Virus record (IMG/VR): IMGVR_UViG_3300028025_002044 | Location: 12,450 to 76,449 of that record | Reading direction: 5' to 3' (one strand) | DNA: 64,000 nt | DNA from: a virus | In this document: one piece after another, positions 17,440 through 26,726 of the stretch | Numbering within the stretch: position 1 is the first letter of the stretch | Layout: each line of letters starts with the position of its first letter | The notes under the pieces: generated by a model | Told to the model about the DNA's origin: nothing | The model's database searches: none | The model's input: the letters and a program-made list of their open reading frames with translations, nothing else | Program-made: the position numbers and the translations under genes

Positions 17440-20400
17440 TTATCCTCTAACAAACGATTGGGACAGTTGAGTATTTATGTCATCAATAAGAGCTTTATCC
17501 GATTTACTGGCGTTTCTAGGGTACATAATAAACGGAGCAATCTGGTCAGTTGCACTGACGTCCTTAATTTGTAGGTAGCCTCCAGCCGAGTCAACAACCC
17601 CAGAAAGTTTTTCTAAAGCGGATACAGTCCTACTGGTTACGTTTGGGTCAGCTTTTAGCGCCGCTATGTCTGCAGGCTTGATACTCGTTATAAGTGGTTT
17701 ATCATCGGTGCCTCTCAACGCATTGATATCACTACTAGAGAATATGCTGGAATTCATTCTATTTCCATACAGTCCTTGTAAATTTCCAAGAGAAAAAGGA
17801 GCCGGGCTAGTTACAGCTGGAACAGTAGGCTTAGCGCCAAGACCGCCTCTAACTGTACTAACGTTACCCATCACTCCATCAGGCGAAAATAAATCGCCCG
17901 AGAACTGGAATCCAGCAGAATACTCTCTACCAACAACTTTTGCTTTAGTGTACTTTCCTAAACCAACGTCATCTAACATTTCAGCTGCCGATGCATCAAA
18001 ATTCTTTGCAATTAGTTTTTTAGTTTTAGGATCGTTCCACCACTCTAAAAATGCACTGTTAGATATCCCTAGTTTGGCTAGCCCTGACGTGTCTATTTCT
18101 GGCTTTCCAAACATTTCTTTGCTTCCCGTAAGAACGTTGTCAAAATAACGCACTACCTGGTTTTTAGGGTCTAGAATATAATCTTGAATTCTAGTTTTTT
18201 CTCCCGCTATATCCGAGACACCCCTAATGCCTTGCGTCAACATAGGCTGACCGCCCGGAGTTAGAACTTTATTTTCAAAAACTATACCCGTGTCCGCAAA
18301 TCTAGACTCGACTCCTGGCAAACCTCCGCCTGCACCCTTTTTAGTAAACGTACTTAAAATTGTATTGCCAATTAATTCTCCGGTAGCCGAAGGATCAGTT
18401 AAAGCGTAGTTTGTAGCAGCCCTGATTAACGCCGGCATCTGCTGCTCTGTAATTTTTATGCCTGATTCTATAAAAGCTTTTCGCGCAACCTCTATAGTGT
18501 CTAGGACAGCGGTTCTTTTGGCAATTTCCTCTTCAGTACCGCCAGTTAGGCCGGTGGTGTCTAAAATTCTATTAGCCTCGCCTGCAGCAACTCGTTGTCT
18601 ACGAATAACTTCTGCACCCGCCGATGCGATGTCTGGATAGAGAGTGCTAGCCAATAAAGTAGCTATTTCCCCGCTAGACCGCTCGCTAGCTAGATTCACC
18701 CTCTCAGCCGTAATTTCAGCTGTTTGAATTACTAGGTCGGCTTTTTCTTGCTTTCTAGCGCTTTCTGCAGCTTCAAATCCCTGAACAATAGCACCAATAA
18801 TACCCACTACAAGACCAGCGATCATACCTCCAGGTATGAACATCATCGCTCCACCAAGAGTAGTCAAGGTAGACCCGGCGGTCATACCCCCATTAGCAGC
18901 GCCAGAAATTAGACCCTGAGCAGCAAAACCGGCACCCATGAGAGCCATTCCACCGCCAGGGCGGCGTGCCCCCGCGGCGGCGGCTGCAGCTGCTTGCTGC
19001 TCGGCTAGAGCTTTAGTTTTGTTTTTAATTGCATTGGTGTCTGCAATTTCCGCAGCAGTCGAAGCTTGTACAGTGGCGGTTTTTTGCTTTAAGCGGTCTA
19101 TAAATCCGCCAAGCGAAGTTTTAGTCGATTTAAATACGTCAGACAATTTTGAAGTTAGGCCACTCCACATTCTACTAGCAGCGGCGGCTAGCTTTGTGGC
19201 AGCAGTGTGTAGCTTAATCATTGCTGTGCTCTGCTTTACAGAATCTATGAATCGTCTGAAGGAGTCTCTCACCACTGCCACAACAATCTCGTTCATTCGA
19301 CCGAGGACTGCTATATTAAATCTAACCATCTTTGTAAAGAATTTAAGTCTTTCCGTGGCCAGCCACAGCGGCCTTTCAAATCTGGCTTTTAGCCTGTCAC
19401 CAAAATTCAGAATGGCCAGACGGATGTCGCTCATAGCTATTTTAATCTTCTGTCTTAGTCCCACAAGTATAGGAGCAATTCGTTTATCGATCAAATCAAG
19501 CTGCATCACTATGCCCATTCGGAAGCCTAGAGTTTTCAACATGATGCTTTGGGGGGACAGGGCAGCGCCAATGTTGGCAACTCCACGTCGTATAGACTCT
19601 CCAATAGTCCACATCTTATATTTTATGTTGTCAGGAGATAGAGCCACTCCAATCTGAGTCACTCCATTTTTTATAGCACTACTTACTCTTATAAATGCTG
19701 GGACAATACGCTTGTCTATCAAGTCAATGTTCATCATCAGACCCATACGGAAACCTAGAGTCTTTAGTCGGATGCTTTCGGGCGATAGCGCAGTAATAAT
19801 CCTGGAAACTCCAGTTTTTATAGAGTTAGCAAGAACTATCATCCTGGCGCTTATATTTTCAGGAGATAGAGCGGTAGTAATTTGAGTTACCGCATTCTTT
19901 ATTCCGTCACGAATTCTCATAAATGCCGGGATAATGCGCTTATCTAGAAGGTCAATGTGCATCAGTATGCCCATTGCAAAGAATCTCATCTTCATTTGGA
20001 TAGCCTGCGGTGAGATAGAGGCTATGAAGTTACGGAAGGCAGGGACTACTCTGGTGTTGTATAGGTCGGCCACCATCCTACCTTTTTGAAGTAGCGTGCT
20101 GTAAATAGCAAGTCTGGCATCATTAAATTTATTGACAACAATGTCTCTAAATTTATTCATAACGGGGATGACTCTAGTGTTGTAGAAGTCTGATATAACT
20201 CTGCCCTTTTGAATTAAAGTAGTGTAGATAGCAAACTTAGCATTGCTTAGTGCAGGTCCCGCAACGTCTCTAAACTTCTTCATAGCATCTGTCAATGAAG
20301 TACGTATGTACAGCCCCGCATCCATTACTGTAGCCTTTAGAGCTGAGAATCCTACCTTAACAGCGTTTATAAATTTAGAGAATCGACTTGGAGCTTCTCT

Positions 20401-22506
20401 AAGAAGGCCTAATCCCTCAAGCCATTCTTTAAATACAATTTTATTTTTTCTAAACTCTTCTCTTAGCACAGCCATTGTAGAGCCTAATTTGCCTGTTGGA
20501 GAAATAGCACCAAAAATAGACTTGTAGAGCGCCTGGCCCCAGCCAATAATTCCAGGCTTGGCAACAGCCAGCTCGAGATTAAATCGAGTCATCCACTTAA
20601 CAGTCCCCATACCAACCGATAGAAGTTTGCCAAAGTTTTTTGCTACCTGTCCTAAAATTGCCCCGATCCCCACTCCAACGAGAACCATCGTGGAAATAGC
20701 AAGAGTCACTGCCAGTACCACAGCGTTAATTCTGCCGATAAAGTCTAAAATTGCTTTAATAACAGGATTGTTAAAAATAGCAGCAAAAACATCAGTTATA
20801 GACCTGAGAGTGTCAAAGAATATTGATATGCTTTCAGTATCAGAAAATGCTGAAAAAAGATCAATTACAGACACTATTAGAGCAGCAAAAGCCGGGGCAG
20901 CTTTTAGGCCGTCCATTAGAACCTTAGTTATGTCTGGTATAGATTTACCAAGCGTGGTCCAGAATTCTTGTATTTCAGGACGCCCAGAGAGCTCTATAAA
21001 TATATTTAAAAAGTCACCGATAACGCCCAGCATGACAGTAGCGTTTGTGGTGGTGGTTTTTAGCCAGGTTGCGAATGTTTCTGAGCCAGTAAACTTTTTA
21101 AACCCTGAAGCAATTCCGCCAAGCCAATCCAACAACACCTGACCGGCTCCTCCACCACCGGGCGGAAAGTTGGCATCCATAATATTTTTTATTCCGTCAC
21201 CAAAACTACCAAAAACATGACCAAGCTGGCTAGAAACATAAGCCGCCAAATCTAAAGTTCTTTTAAAACTCTTACTTCTACTAAGCACATCAAATCTAGA
21301 AGAAACGCTGAGTATCCACGTAGAAAACTGGTCAGTAAGCGGCTTAGCAGCCGCTAAAGTATTTAACAGGCCTGTAAAGAATCTGTCAGCTGCCTGACCC
21401 ATATTTCTAAGACGCGGAGCAGAATCGTTAAAGAACTGGTCGATTAGTCTTAGATTGTCAGTGTCTGCAAATGCCAACGAGAAACTCTTAGAGGCGTCTC
21501 CCATAGCGCTGCCTATAGTTTTAAAGCCTTTTTCTAGAGTCGGGAAAGCGCTATCAACTATAGTTTGAATAGCAGTTTGTAGAGGAGGTAAGAACGACGA
21601 TGCCGAGGCTTCTTTTAGTGCCTGCATAATAGGCTTAAGAGTGGCTAGATATTTAGCAAAAACAATTTGAGATTTTGTTAGATTTCTAAATGGGTCTGCG
21701 TTGGCAGCGGCAGCAGTAGACCTACCACCACGCTTGATGGTGTCCTGTAAATCATTTACTCTAGCCTTAGCCTTGCGATAGTTTAAGTCAGCACGCTGAA
21801 AAGCAAGTTCAGACTCTCTACGAACCATATTGTCAGGAGGTAGGTCCTGGGCCATAGCCAACTCTGTGCGAGCTTTTTCTAGCGCTATAGCGGCTTCCTG
21901 TTCGCTAAGTACAGCTTCCTCTAAATCAAACTTTAGTTCTTTAAGTTCTTTTCTAGCATCTCTCAAAGATCTGTTGTATTGATTTTGACCATTCCAAAGC
22001 TGGCTTACGGCCCTGCCAACACCGCTCATTGCAATTTTTGCTACTGCAAATCCAGCAATAACGCTTGCTAAAGCTCCGCCTACGCCGACAAAAGCATATG
22101 CGGCTTGACCTACAATACCTATTAGCGAAAGAAATCCGCCCGAAAGATCACCGATGCTACCAGCTAAGGCTCCTAATGCAGACTGTGTCACAAACCCGAC
22201 TCTTTGAAGTCTTTGAAATGTTCTCAAAGTCAGTACTGACTCATTCTCAATTTTCTTTAAACCGGCGCTTGCAACTTGAATCGCGTTTCCTAGGGCTAGA
22301 AATCCGCCTTCGTCTCTTTTAAGCGAAGCAATCATACCGGTATCAAAACCGGACCTCAGCCTACGAGTCAGCGACACAGAGATACGGTCGGCCTGAAGCA
22401 TGCTGTCACCGAACGCACGCGTTGAGTTAGCCATTCTATTTATAGCGCGTTCGGCATCTTTAGTGTTCACGTTTACGTCACCGTGGACGTCAAAAACTTT
22501 AGTCAT
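17440..22506 (-). CDS. tape measure protein
   Basis: 1688-aa Ala/Gly/Ile-rich helical protein with a coiled coil, hydrophobic stretches and internal repeats; follows the tail chaperone genes. Confidence 0.9.
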   Translation of the reverse strand: MTKVFDVHGDVNVNTKDAERAINRMANSTRAFGDSMLQADRISVSLTRRLRSGFDTGMIASLKRDEGGFLALGNAIQVASAGLKKIENESVLTLRTFQRLQRVGFVTQSALGALAGSIGDLSGGFLSLIGIVGQAAYAFVGVGGALASVIAGFAVAKIAMSGVGRAVSQLWNGQNQYNRSLRDARKELKELKFDLEEAVLSEQEAAIALEKARTELAMAQDLPPDNMVRRESELAFQRADLNYRKAKARVNDLQDTIKRGGRSTAAAANADPFRNLTKSQIVFAKYLATLKPIMQALKEASASSFLPPLQTAIQTIVDSAFPTLEKGFKTIGSAMGDASKSFSLAFADTDNLRLIDQFFNDSAPRLRNMGQAADRFFTGLLNTLAAAKPLTDQFSTWILSVSSRFDVLSRSKSFKRTLDLAAYVSSQLGHVFGSFGDGIKNIMDANFPPGGGGAGQVLLDWLGGIASGFKKFTGSETFATWLKTTTTNATVMLGVIGDFLNIFIELSGRPEIQEFWTTLGKSIPDITKVLMDGLKAAPAFAALIVSVIDLFSAFSDTESISIFFDTLRSITDVFAAIFNNPVIKAILDFIGRINAVVLAVTLAISTMVLVGVGIGAILGQVAKNFGKLLSVGMGTVKWMTRFNLELAVAKPGIIGWGQALYKSIFGAISPTGKLGSTMAVLREEFRKNKIVFKEWLEGLGLLREAPSRFSKFINAVKVGFSALKATVMDAGLYIRTSLTDAMKKFRDVAGPALSNAKFAIYTTLIQKGRVISDFYNTRVIPVMNKFRDIVVNKFNDARLAIYSTLLQKGRMVADLYNTRVVPAFRNFIASISPQAIQMKMRFFAMGILMHIDLLDKRIIPAFMRIRDGIKNAVTQITTALSPENISARMIVLANSIKTGVSRIITALSPESIRLKTLGFRMGLMMNIDLIDKRIVPAFIRVSSAIKNGVTQIGVALSPDNIKYKMWTIGESIRRGVANIGAALSPQSIMLKTLGFRMGIVMQLDLIDKRIAPILVGLRQKIKIAMSDIRLAILNFGDRLKARFERPLWLATERLKFFTKMVRFNIAVLGRMNEIVVAVVRDSFRRFIDSVKQSTAMIKLHTAATKLAAAASRMWSGLTSKLSDVFKSTKTSLGGFIDRLKQKTATVQASTAAEIADTNAIKNKTKALAEQQAAAAAAAGARRPGGGMALMGAGFAAQGLISGAANGGMTAGSTLTTLGGAMMFIPGGMIAGLVVGIIGAIVQGFEAAESARKQEKADLVIQTAEITAERVNLASERSSGEIATLLASTLYPDIASAGAEVIRRQRVAAGEANRILDTTGLTGGTEEEIAKRTAVLDTIEVARKAFIESGIKITEQQMPALIRAATNYALTDPSATGELIGNTILSTFTKKGAGGGLPGVESRFADTGIVFENKVLTPGGQPMLTQGIRGVSDIAGEKTRIQDYILDPKNQVVRYFDNVLTGSKEMFGKPEIDTSGLAKLGISNSAFLEWWNDPKTKKLIAKNFDASAAEMLDDVGLGKYTKAKVVGREYSAGFQFSGDLFSPDGVMGNVSTVRGGLGAKPTVPAVTSPAPFSLGNLQGLYGNRMNSSIFSSSDINALRGTDDKPLITSIKPADIAALKADPNVTSRTVSALEKLSGVVDSAGGYLQIKDVSATDQIAPFIMYPRNASKSDKALIDDINTQLSQSFVRG
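19480..20260 (-). repeat. degenerate tandem peptide repeats inside the tape measure
   Basis: Repeated ALSP-x-x-I, LKTLGFRMG...IDLIDKRI-x-P and AIY[ST]TL[IL]QKGR...YNTRV-x-P units. Confidence 0.75.
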
Positions 22507-22525
22507 TATTCGTTCTCACCTCCTC

Positions 22526-22963
22526 TCAACCAATCGGTGCATCTAATACGGAACCAAACGGCTTAATGTCGTCGGCTTTCACCTCGGTGGGTGGGGTGTA
22601 GGGCTTAGCAGTTTTCTCTCTAGGAGAGAAAACTCTAATCTTGTCTTCTTCAATTGGTGCTTCTGCTAGAGGCGCATCAAGCGTATCCATACCGTAGCTT
22701 CCATTAGAGTCAGACTGGTTCATATACTTGTACTCACGTTCATACATGTCTCTGTATAAATTACCCCTGAGCGAGTCTTTATAAGCAGCTTGCTCAGTGG
22801 AGAAAAATACTGTATCTTCTTCGAAAAGATAATGAATTACGTCTATCATGTCTGAGGCTTCCATAGATGCTAGACGCATTCCATTTACCAATCCTTTACC
22901 GTTTACGTATGGCCATAGGTCAACAGCCCACTGAATAAGACCTATGACCGCAGCTCGGGGCGG
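22526..22963 (-). CDS. tail assembly chaperone, frameshifted (G-T-like) extension
   Basis: This frame is open from 22963 (PPRAAVIGLIQWAVDLWPYVNGKGLVNGMRL...), overlaps the end of the upstream chaperone in the -1 frame and has no clear RBS. Confidence 0.7.
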   Translation of the reverse strand, partial: PPRAAVIGLIQWAVDLWPYVNGKGLVNGMRLASMEASDMIDVIHYLFEEDTVFFSTEQAAYKDSLRGNLYRDMYEREYKYMNQSDSNGSYGMDTLDAPLAEAPIEEDKIRVFSPREKTAKPYTPPTEVKADDIKPFGSVLDAPIG

Positions 22964-23271
22964 TCAGAATACTGCTCCACCAACCAAGCTGTAATCTCTC
23001 CAATTGTCTCTACCGGAACAATCTTGTCTTCACTCTCTAGAAGCTCGTTGAATCTCTTAAAGCTTTCCGCTTTCATAACTTTAGAAAAGAACTTTCCAGA
23101 TACTTCTGCGTTACGCATTGGGTCAGCGGCAGTTGAATCTGCAATTAGGTCTAGCAAGACCTTGCCCTGAATTTCAGGTACGCACTCAAACTCCTGACCG
23201 TGCACACTGAACTTAATTGGCTCAGCATTTGGGTCAGAAGACCCGGCTCCAAAATCTTTAAATTTTGCCAT
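22942..23271 (-). CDS. tail assembly chaperone
   Basis: Lies just before the tape measure; ends WLVEQYSDRP; RBS AAGGA favours a start at 23271. Confidence 0.8.
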   Translation of the reverse strand: MAKFKDFGAGSSDPNAEPIKFSVHGQEFECVPEIQGKVLLDLIADSTAADPMRNAEVSGKFFSKVMKAESFKRFNELLESEDKIVPVETIGEITAWLVEQYSDRPELRS

Positions 23272-23306
23272 CATATATCCTTTGTTGTTTATCATTTATA
23301 CGTAAT

Positions 23307-23735
23307 TTACGTACGTATATATTTTACGCTATCTGAGAGATATCTATTTGGCTTGGTACCAGGATGACGTACTTTACGAGCTAGCACCGAACCATCAGCA
23401 AGAACATTCCAACCTGCGCCCGCCCCGCTGCTAGGCTTAAATTTCAAGAACCTGTGATTGCTGGGAGTAATGATATGTGGCTTAGTCCCGTTGTGGTGCA
23501 TACGGGCATACGGGACCGAAGACCCAATTTGAATCTTTTGACCGAGGGTAGTTCTTCTGTGTCCGTATACTCGTATAGACCTGCGTAGACGACCGGTTTT
23601 TACGCCCACCTTTGTCTTAGCTATATCTCTTAACCTGTCAGCGCGACGCTTTAAGTCCAGTCCGACTTCGCCGGATGGGCTATTTAGTATTTTATCTATA
23701 GCACGGTAGTCGACTGTGGTGATAACTCTGGCCAT
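23307..23735 (-). CDS. HK97 gp10-like tail completion / neck protein
   Basis: GVKTGRLRRSI, YARMHHNGTKPHII, VRHPGTKPNRYL. Start moved to ATG 23735, overlapping the upstream stop. Confidence 0.8.
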   Translation of the reverse strand: MARVITTVDYRAIDKILNSPSGEVGLDLKRRADRLRDIAKTKVGVKTGRLRRSIRVYGHRRTTLGQKIQIGSSVPYARMHHNGTKPHIITPSNHRFLKFKPSSGAGAGWNVLADGSVLARKVRHPGTKPNRYLSDSVKYIRT

Positions 23736-24241
23736 TATGGCACCGCCATCACGATTTCCATACTTACCATCTGGAACCCGCCCTGAGGCTCCTGGGCATC
23801 TAGGGTGGCAATGACACCCAAGCCGTAGCCCGTGTCGTCCCACATATCAAACTCTCGTACTGACTCCATCAAAATCCATGAGTCAATTGCAGACATGTTA
23901 GAAGCCTGCTGAATCTTTTCAGGGGTAGGCGGTCTACCGTTCTGCCCGACTACAGGAAATTCCCTGGCAATAGTTATAGTTAGAGTTACAGTCCTAGGAA
24001 CGTTGCAACGCTGAGGCTCCCCGGCAGGAACACCAGGCGGGCCTAAGTACAGCTGATTGAATGCCACTACCATTTGTGCGCAGTCAACAACAGGAGTCCC
24101 CATTGTCCAGTATTGGCGACTCGGCAGTGGAACGTTATAGGACTGGTAGACAGCAACTACTCGATCGACTGCGCCGTCGAGTAAGTTTTTTAAATGCAGA
24201 GCATCCTCTGAATATCCTGTAACGTCCACTGCCGTAGTCAT
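23735..24241 (-). CDS. putative tail terminator / completion protein
   Basis: Size and position; DC-x-Q-x-x-V and PQGG motifs as in actinophage neck proteins. Confidence 0.6.
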   Translation of the reverse strand: MTTAVDVTGYSEDALHLKNLLDGAVDRVVAVYQSYNVPLPSRQYWTMGTPVVDCAQMVVAFNQLYLGPPGVPAGEPQRCNVPRTVTLTITIAREFPVVGQNGRPPTPEKIQQASNMSAIDSWILMESVREFDMWDDTGYGLGVIATLDAQEPQGGFQMVSMEIVMAVP

Positions 24242-24243
24242 AA

Positions 24244-24435
24244 TTACTCCGCGGCTACTTCTTCAGTAGCAACCTCTACAGGTGCATCCACCACAGCGTC
24301 AACAACTACAGGCTCTTCAACCTTAGCTGGCTTAGCTGGCTTGGCTGGCTTTGCAGCGGCCTTAGCAGCAGATGTTGCAGGCTTAGCCGCACCAATCATA
24401 TCTACTGCGCGGAAGTTAGTCTGAATTCCTGACAT
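24244..24435 (-). CDS. small Ala/Lys/Pro-rich protein
   Basis: 63 aa, QTNFRAVDM followed by AKP repeats and an acidic tail; RBS GAAGG. Confidence 0.7.
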   Translation of the reverse strand: MSGIQTNFRAVDMIGAAKPATSAAKAAAKPAKPAKPAKVEEPVVVDAVVDAPVEVATEEVAAE

Positions 24436-24452
24436 AACTAACCTTCTTTCTT

Positions 24453-25559
24453 CTAGCTGTATAACTTGATCTGGAGGTTTCCAGAAGCAAGCTCCATTAC
24501 ACTCTCAATACCGTTAACGATTTTGGTAGCGTAAAGAGTCCATGAGCCAGGGTCTACCATTCCGATAGCTTTCTGGGCTTCTACGTAAGGAACCGATATG
24601 TCGACTCTTCCGTTAGTCTCGTTTACAGTTATGTACTGAGACTCTAAATTTAGTGATTTGCCCTCGCTGTAGTTAAACATAGTAAATACTGGCAACCACC
24701 CGTTATCTCCAATGAAGGTCGACGTGTCGACGCCAGCAGTAACCGAGTTCCAAGTAGCAGGGGTGTTTCTGACTACTGAAAGGTCCATCAGTGCATTGGC
24801 CGTCAGTGGCGGAGCCTTAGGCGTGTAGCGACGAGCTCTAGGCTGGTCCGGCGAGAACACCTTAGCTCTAGCCTTAGCCTTGTCAGGGTTTACGGTTTTT
24901 AGGAATAGGTCTACTGCATAAAGACCGGTGCGTACTTCCTCAATAAAATCTTGGCTGTCTAGTAGGGTGTAAGAAACGCCCTGACGCGAAATAGAAGTAA
25001 TGCGCTGAGGTAGAGCGCAGTCGTCGTCTCCAGCCCAAAGTTTTGCAAACTCAATTGCTAGGGTGCGGGCTGCCATCTTGCCAGCCATAGGTGGCTCAGC
25101 GCCGTAAGTATAAGTGACCTCGACGTTACAGGGAGTCCAAGGAACGCCAGCAGCAGCCTGAAGTGTAGAGTGGTCTACCAAATAGTACGAGCTTTCGTCA
25201 AGAATGCGCCCGTCTCTAGTTCTAACAGAGTGAATCTTTGTTACAGGGCGTCCTCGAAGTTTAATACGTGATTCGGGAGAGAGTCCATCCGAGACCAACT
25301 CAGCGTACTCCTGAAAGTCGGTAATCGGAATGTTGTAAACTTCACCAGCAATTAGGACGCCGTAATAGTTTTTAGAAGAAGGACCTAGCCGGTAAGCACG
25401 CTTAGCACAGACGTAGCGTTCAGTTACCGTTGTGGTCCCAGTAAACTTTCTACCTGACATAGCCCACATTAAGTACGAGGCAGTCTGAGCGGCCTCGAGC
25501 GCAAACTCGGTTCCTGCATAGTTACCAAGTTCTTCAGGTTCTACCCAAAGTGAAGTCAC
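24453..25559 (-). CDS. head-to-tail adaptor
   Basis: ASYLMWAMSGRKF, VTYTYGAEPP...LAIEFAK...CALPQRITSISRQGVS and TGLYAVDLFL...NP motifs. Confidence 0.85.
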   Translation of the reverse strand: MTSLWVEPEELGNYAGTEFALEAAQTASYLMWAMSGRKFTGTTTVTERYVCAKRAYRLGPSSKNYYGVLIAGEVYNIPITDFQEYAELVSDGLSPESRIKLRGRPVTKIHSVRTRDGRILDESSYYLVDHSTLQAAAGVPWTPCNVEVTYTYGAEPPMAGKMAARTLAIEFAKLWAGDDDCALPQRITSISRQGVSYTLLDSQDFIEEVRTGLYAVDLFLKTVNPDKAKARAKVFSPDQPRARRYTPKAPPLTANALMDLSVVRNTPATWNSVTAGVDTSTFIGDNGWLPVFTMFNYSEGKSLNLESQYITVNETNGRVDISVPYVEAQKAIGMVDPGSWTLYATKIVNGIESVMELASGNLQIKLYS

Positions 25560-25580
25560 TTTATTCTCCTACTAGTAGTA

Positions 25581-25620
25581 CGGGCGGTACATCTCTGTAA
25601 ACAGAAAGATGCACCGCCCG
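25581..25620 (-). terminator. long stem-loop after the major tail gene (attenuator/terminator, weak U tract)
   Basis: CGGGCGGTGCATCT...AGATGTACCGCCCG inverted repeat in the intergenic gap. Confidence 0.6.
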
Positions 25621-25633
25621 TCCAGTTTTATAA

Positions 25634-26707
25634 CTAAGCCGAAACGTCCTCGTTAGAAACGATGATTCGGTCGATGGTGTTGTCTGGGTTGAAGTCCTTG
25701 TTGCCAGGTACGTTGTACGTGTCTGAGGTCAAACCAGAGATACCCTCTAGGTCAGCCGAGGTGACTGCAGTGTAACTTCCATCAGCAGCAGGCTCATTGA
25801 TTGGGTTAGCAACTGTAGCTGTTCCGGTAGGACTTACCGCGGCCGAGACTACGTTAGATGCAGTCTTAGCATAGGTAAAGGTTACAGTTGTAGGTACATC
25901 AGTTACGGTGTAGGTACCGTTGAAGGTTGCGTCGACACCAGCAACAACGACCGAATCACCATCAGTAAAGCCGTGGGCAGCTGAAGTGGTTAGGGTTGCA
26001 ATGTTGTTCGTAAGAGCCTTGTTAGAAACAGTAGCAACAAGACCGCTGTCCCAAGTGTAGAAGCCCTTAAGACCAACAGGTGCCCAGTCGGTGCGTGCGT
26101 ACGAGTATGGACGCTCTGCAGCAACAGGGAACTCCCAGCGCATGTCTGGACCTGAAGCAAATAGAGAGTTACCCAAGCCGTAGCCTTCGAAAGTAGTTGC
26201 AAGCATACCGTTCTCAATTACACGGTCGCCAGACTGACGGAGCTTTGCGTATGGGAATACCCAGTGGAAGTAAGGAAGCGTAGTAGCCTTCTTACCACTG
26301 CTAATTGCGTGTGACCAAGCTTCGATAGCAACACCGAAACCAGCTGGGTCGTCGCCAACACCAGGTGCAGCCCAACCGACGCTCTTGCTTACGCCATTGA
26401 CATCCTTACGGAGCAATAGACCGCCTGAGATTAGGTTAGATAGCTCTGGGTCTGGCTCACAGATAGCGAGCTCCATGGTAATACGCTTTAGGGTGTCTGG
26501 TGACTTGTAGGTAACACAAACAACGCCGTTAGCGTTCTTTTCGGTGATCTCGTCGCCCTCTTCATATTCTGGGGTGAACGATACACGCATAAATGCCGAC
26601 GTGGTGTAGCTGTCGCCAGCACCAGTCAGTAGGTTGCCAGCGGCGTCCAATCGGGTGACACGAATCGACACACCCTGGATGCTAGCAGCATAATCTTGAG
26701 TAGCCAT
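25634..26707 (-). CDS. major tail protein with inserted beta module
   Basis: IRVTRLDAAG...PEYEEGDEITEKNANGVVCV...LAICEPDPEL...YFHWVFP; strongly biased codon usage; strong RBS AAGGAG. Confidence 0.88.
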   Translation of the reverse strand: MATQDYAASIQGVSIRVTRLDAAGNLLTGAGDSYTTSAFMRVSFTPEYEEGDEITEKNANGVVCVTYKSPDTLKRITMELAICEPDPELSNLISGGLLLRKDVNGVSKSVGWAAPGVGDDPAGFGVAIEAWSHAISSGKKATTLPYFHWVFPYAKLRQSGDRVIENGMLATTFEGYGLGNSLFASGPDMRWEFPVAAERPYSYARTDWAPVGLKGFYTWDSGLVATVSNKALTNNIATLTTSAAHGFTDGDSVVVAGVDATFNGTYTVTDVPTTVTFTYAKTASNVVSAAVSPTGTATVANPINEPAADGSYTAVTSADLEGISGLTSDTYNVPGNKDFNPDNTIDRIIVSNEDVSA

Positions 26708-26726
26708 TTAGCTATTCTCCTTTGGT

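Noticed and set aside
23736-23843. N-terminal extensions given by the ORF track (also 2857-2880, 23272-23295, 34689-34721)
   Set aside because: They overlap upstream genes or ignore better RBS-linked or coupled starts downstream.
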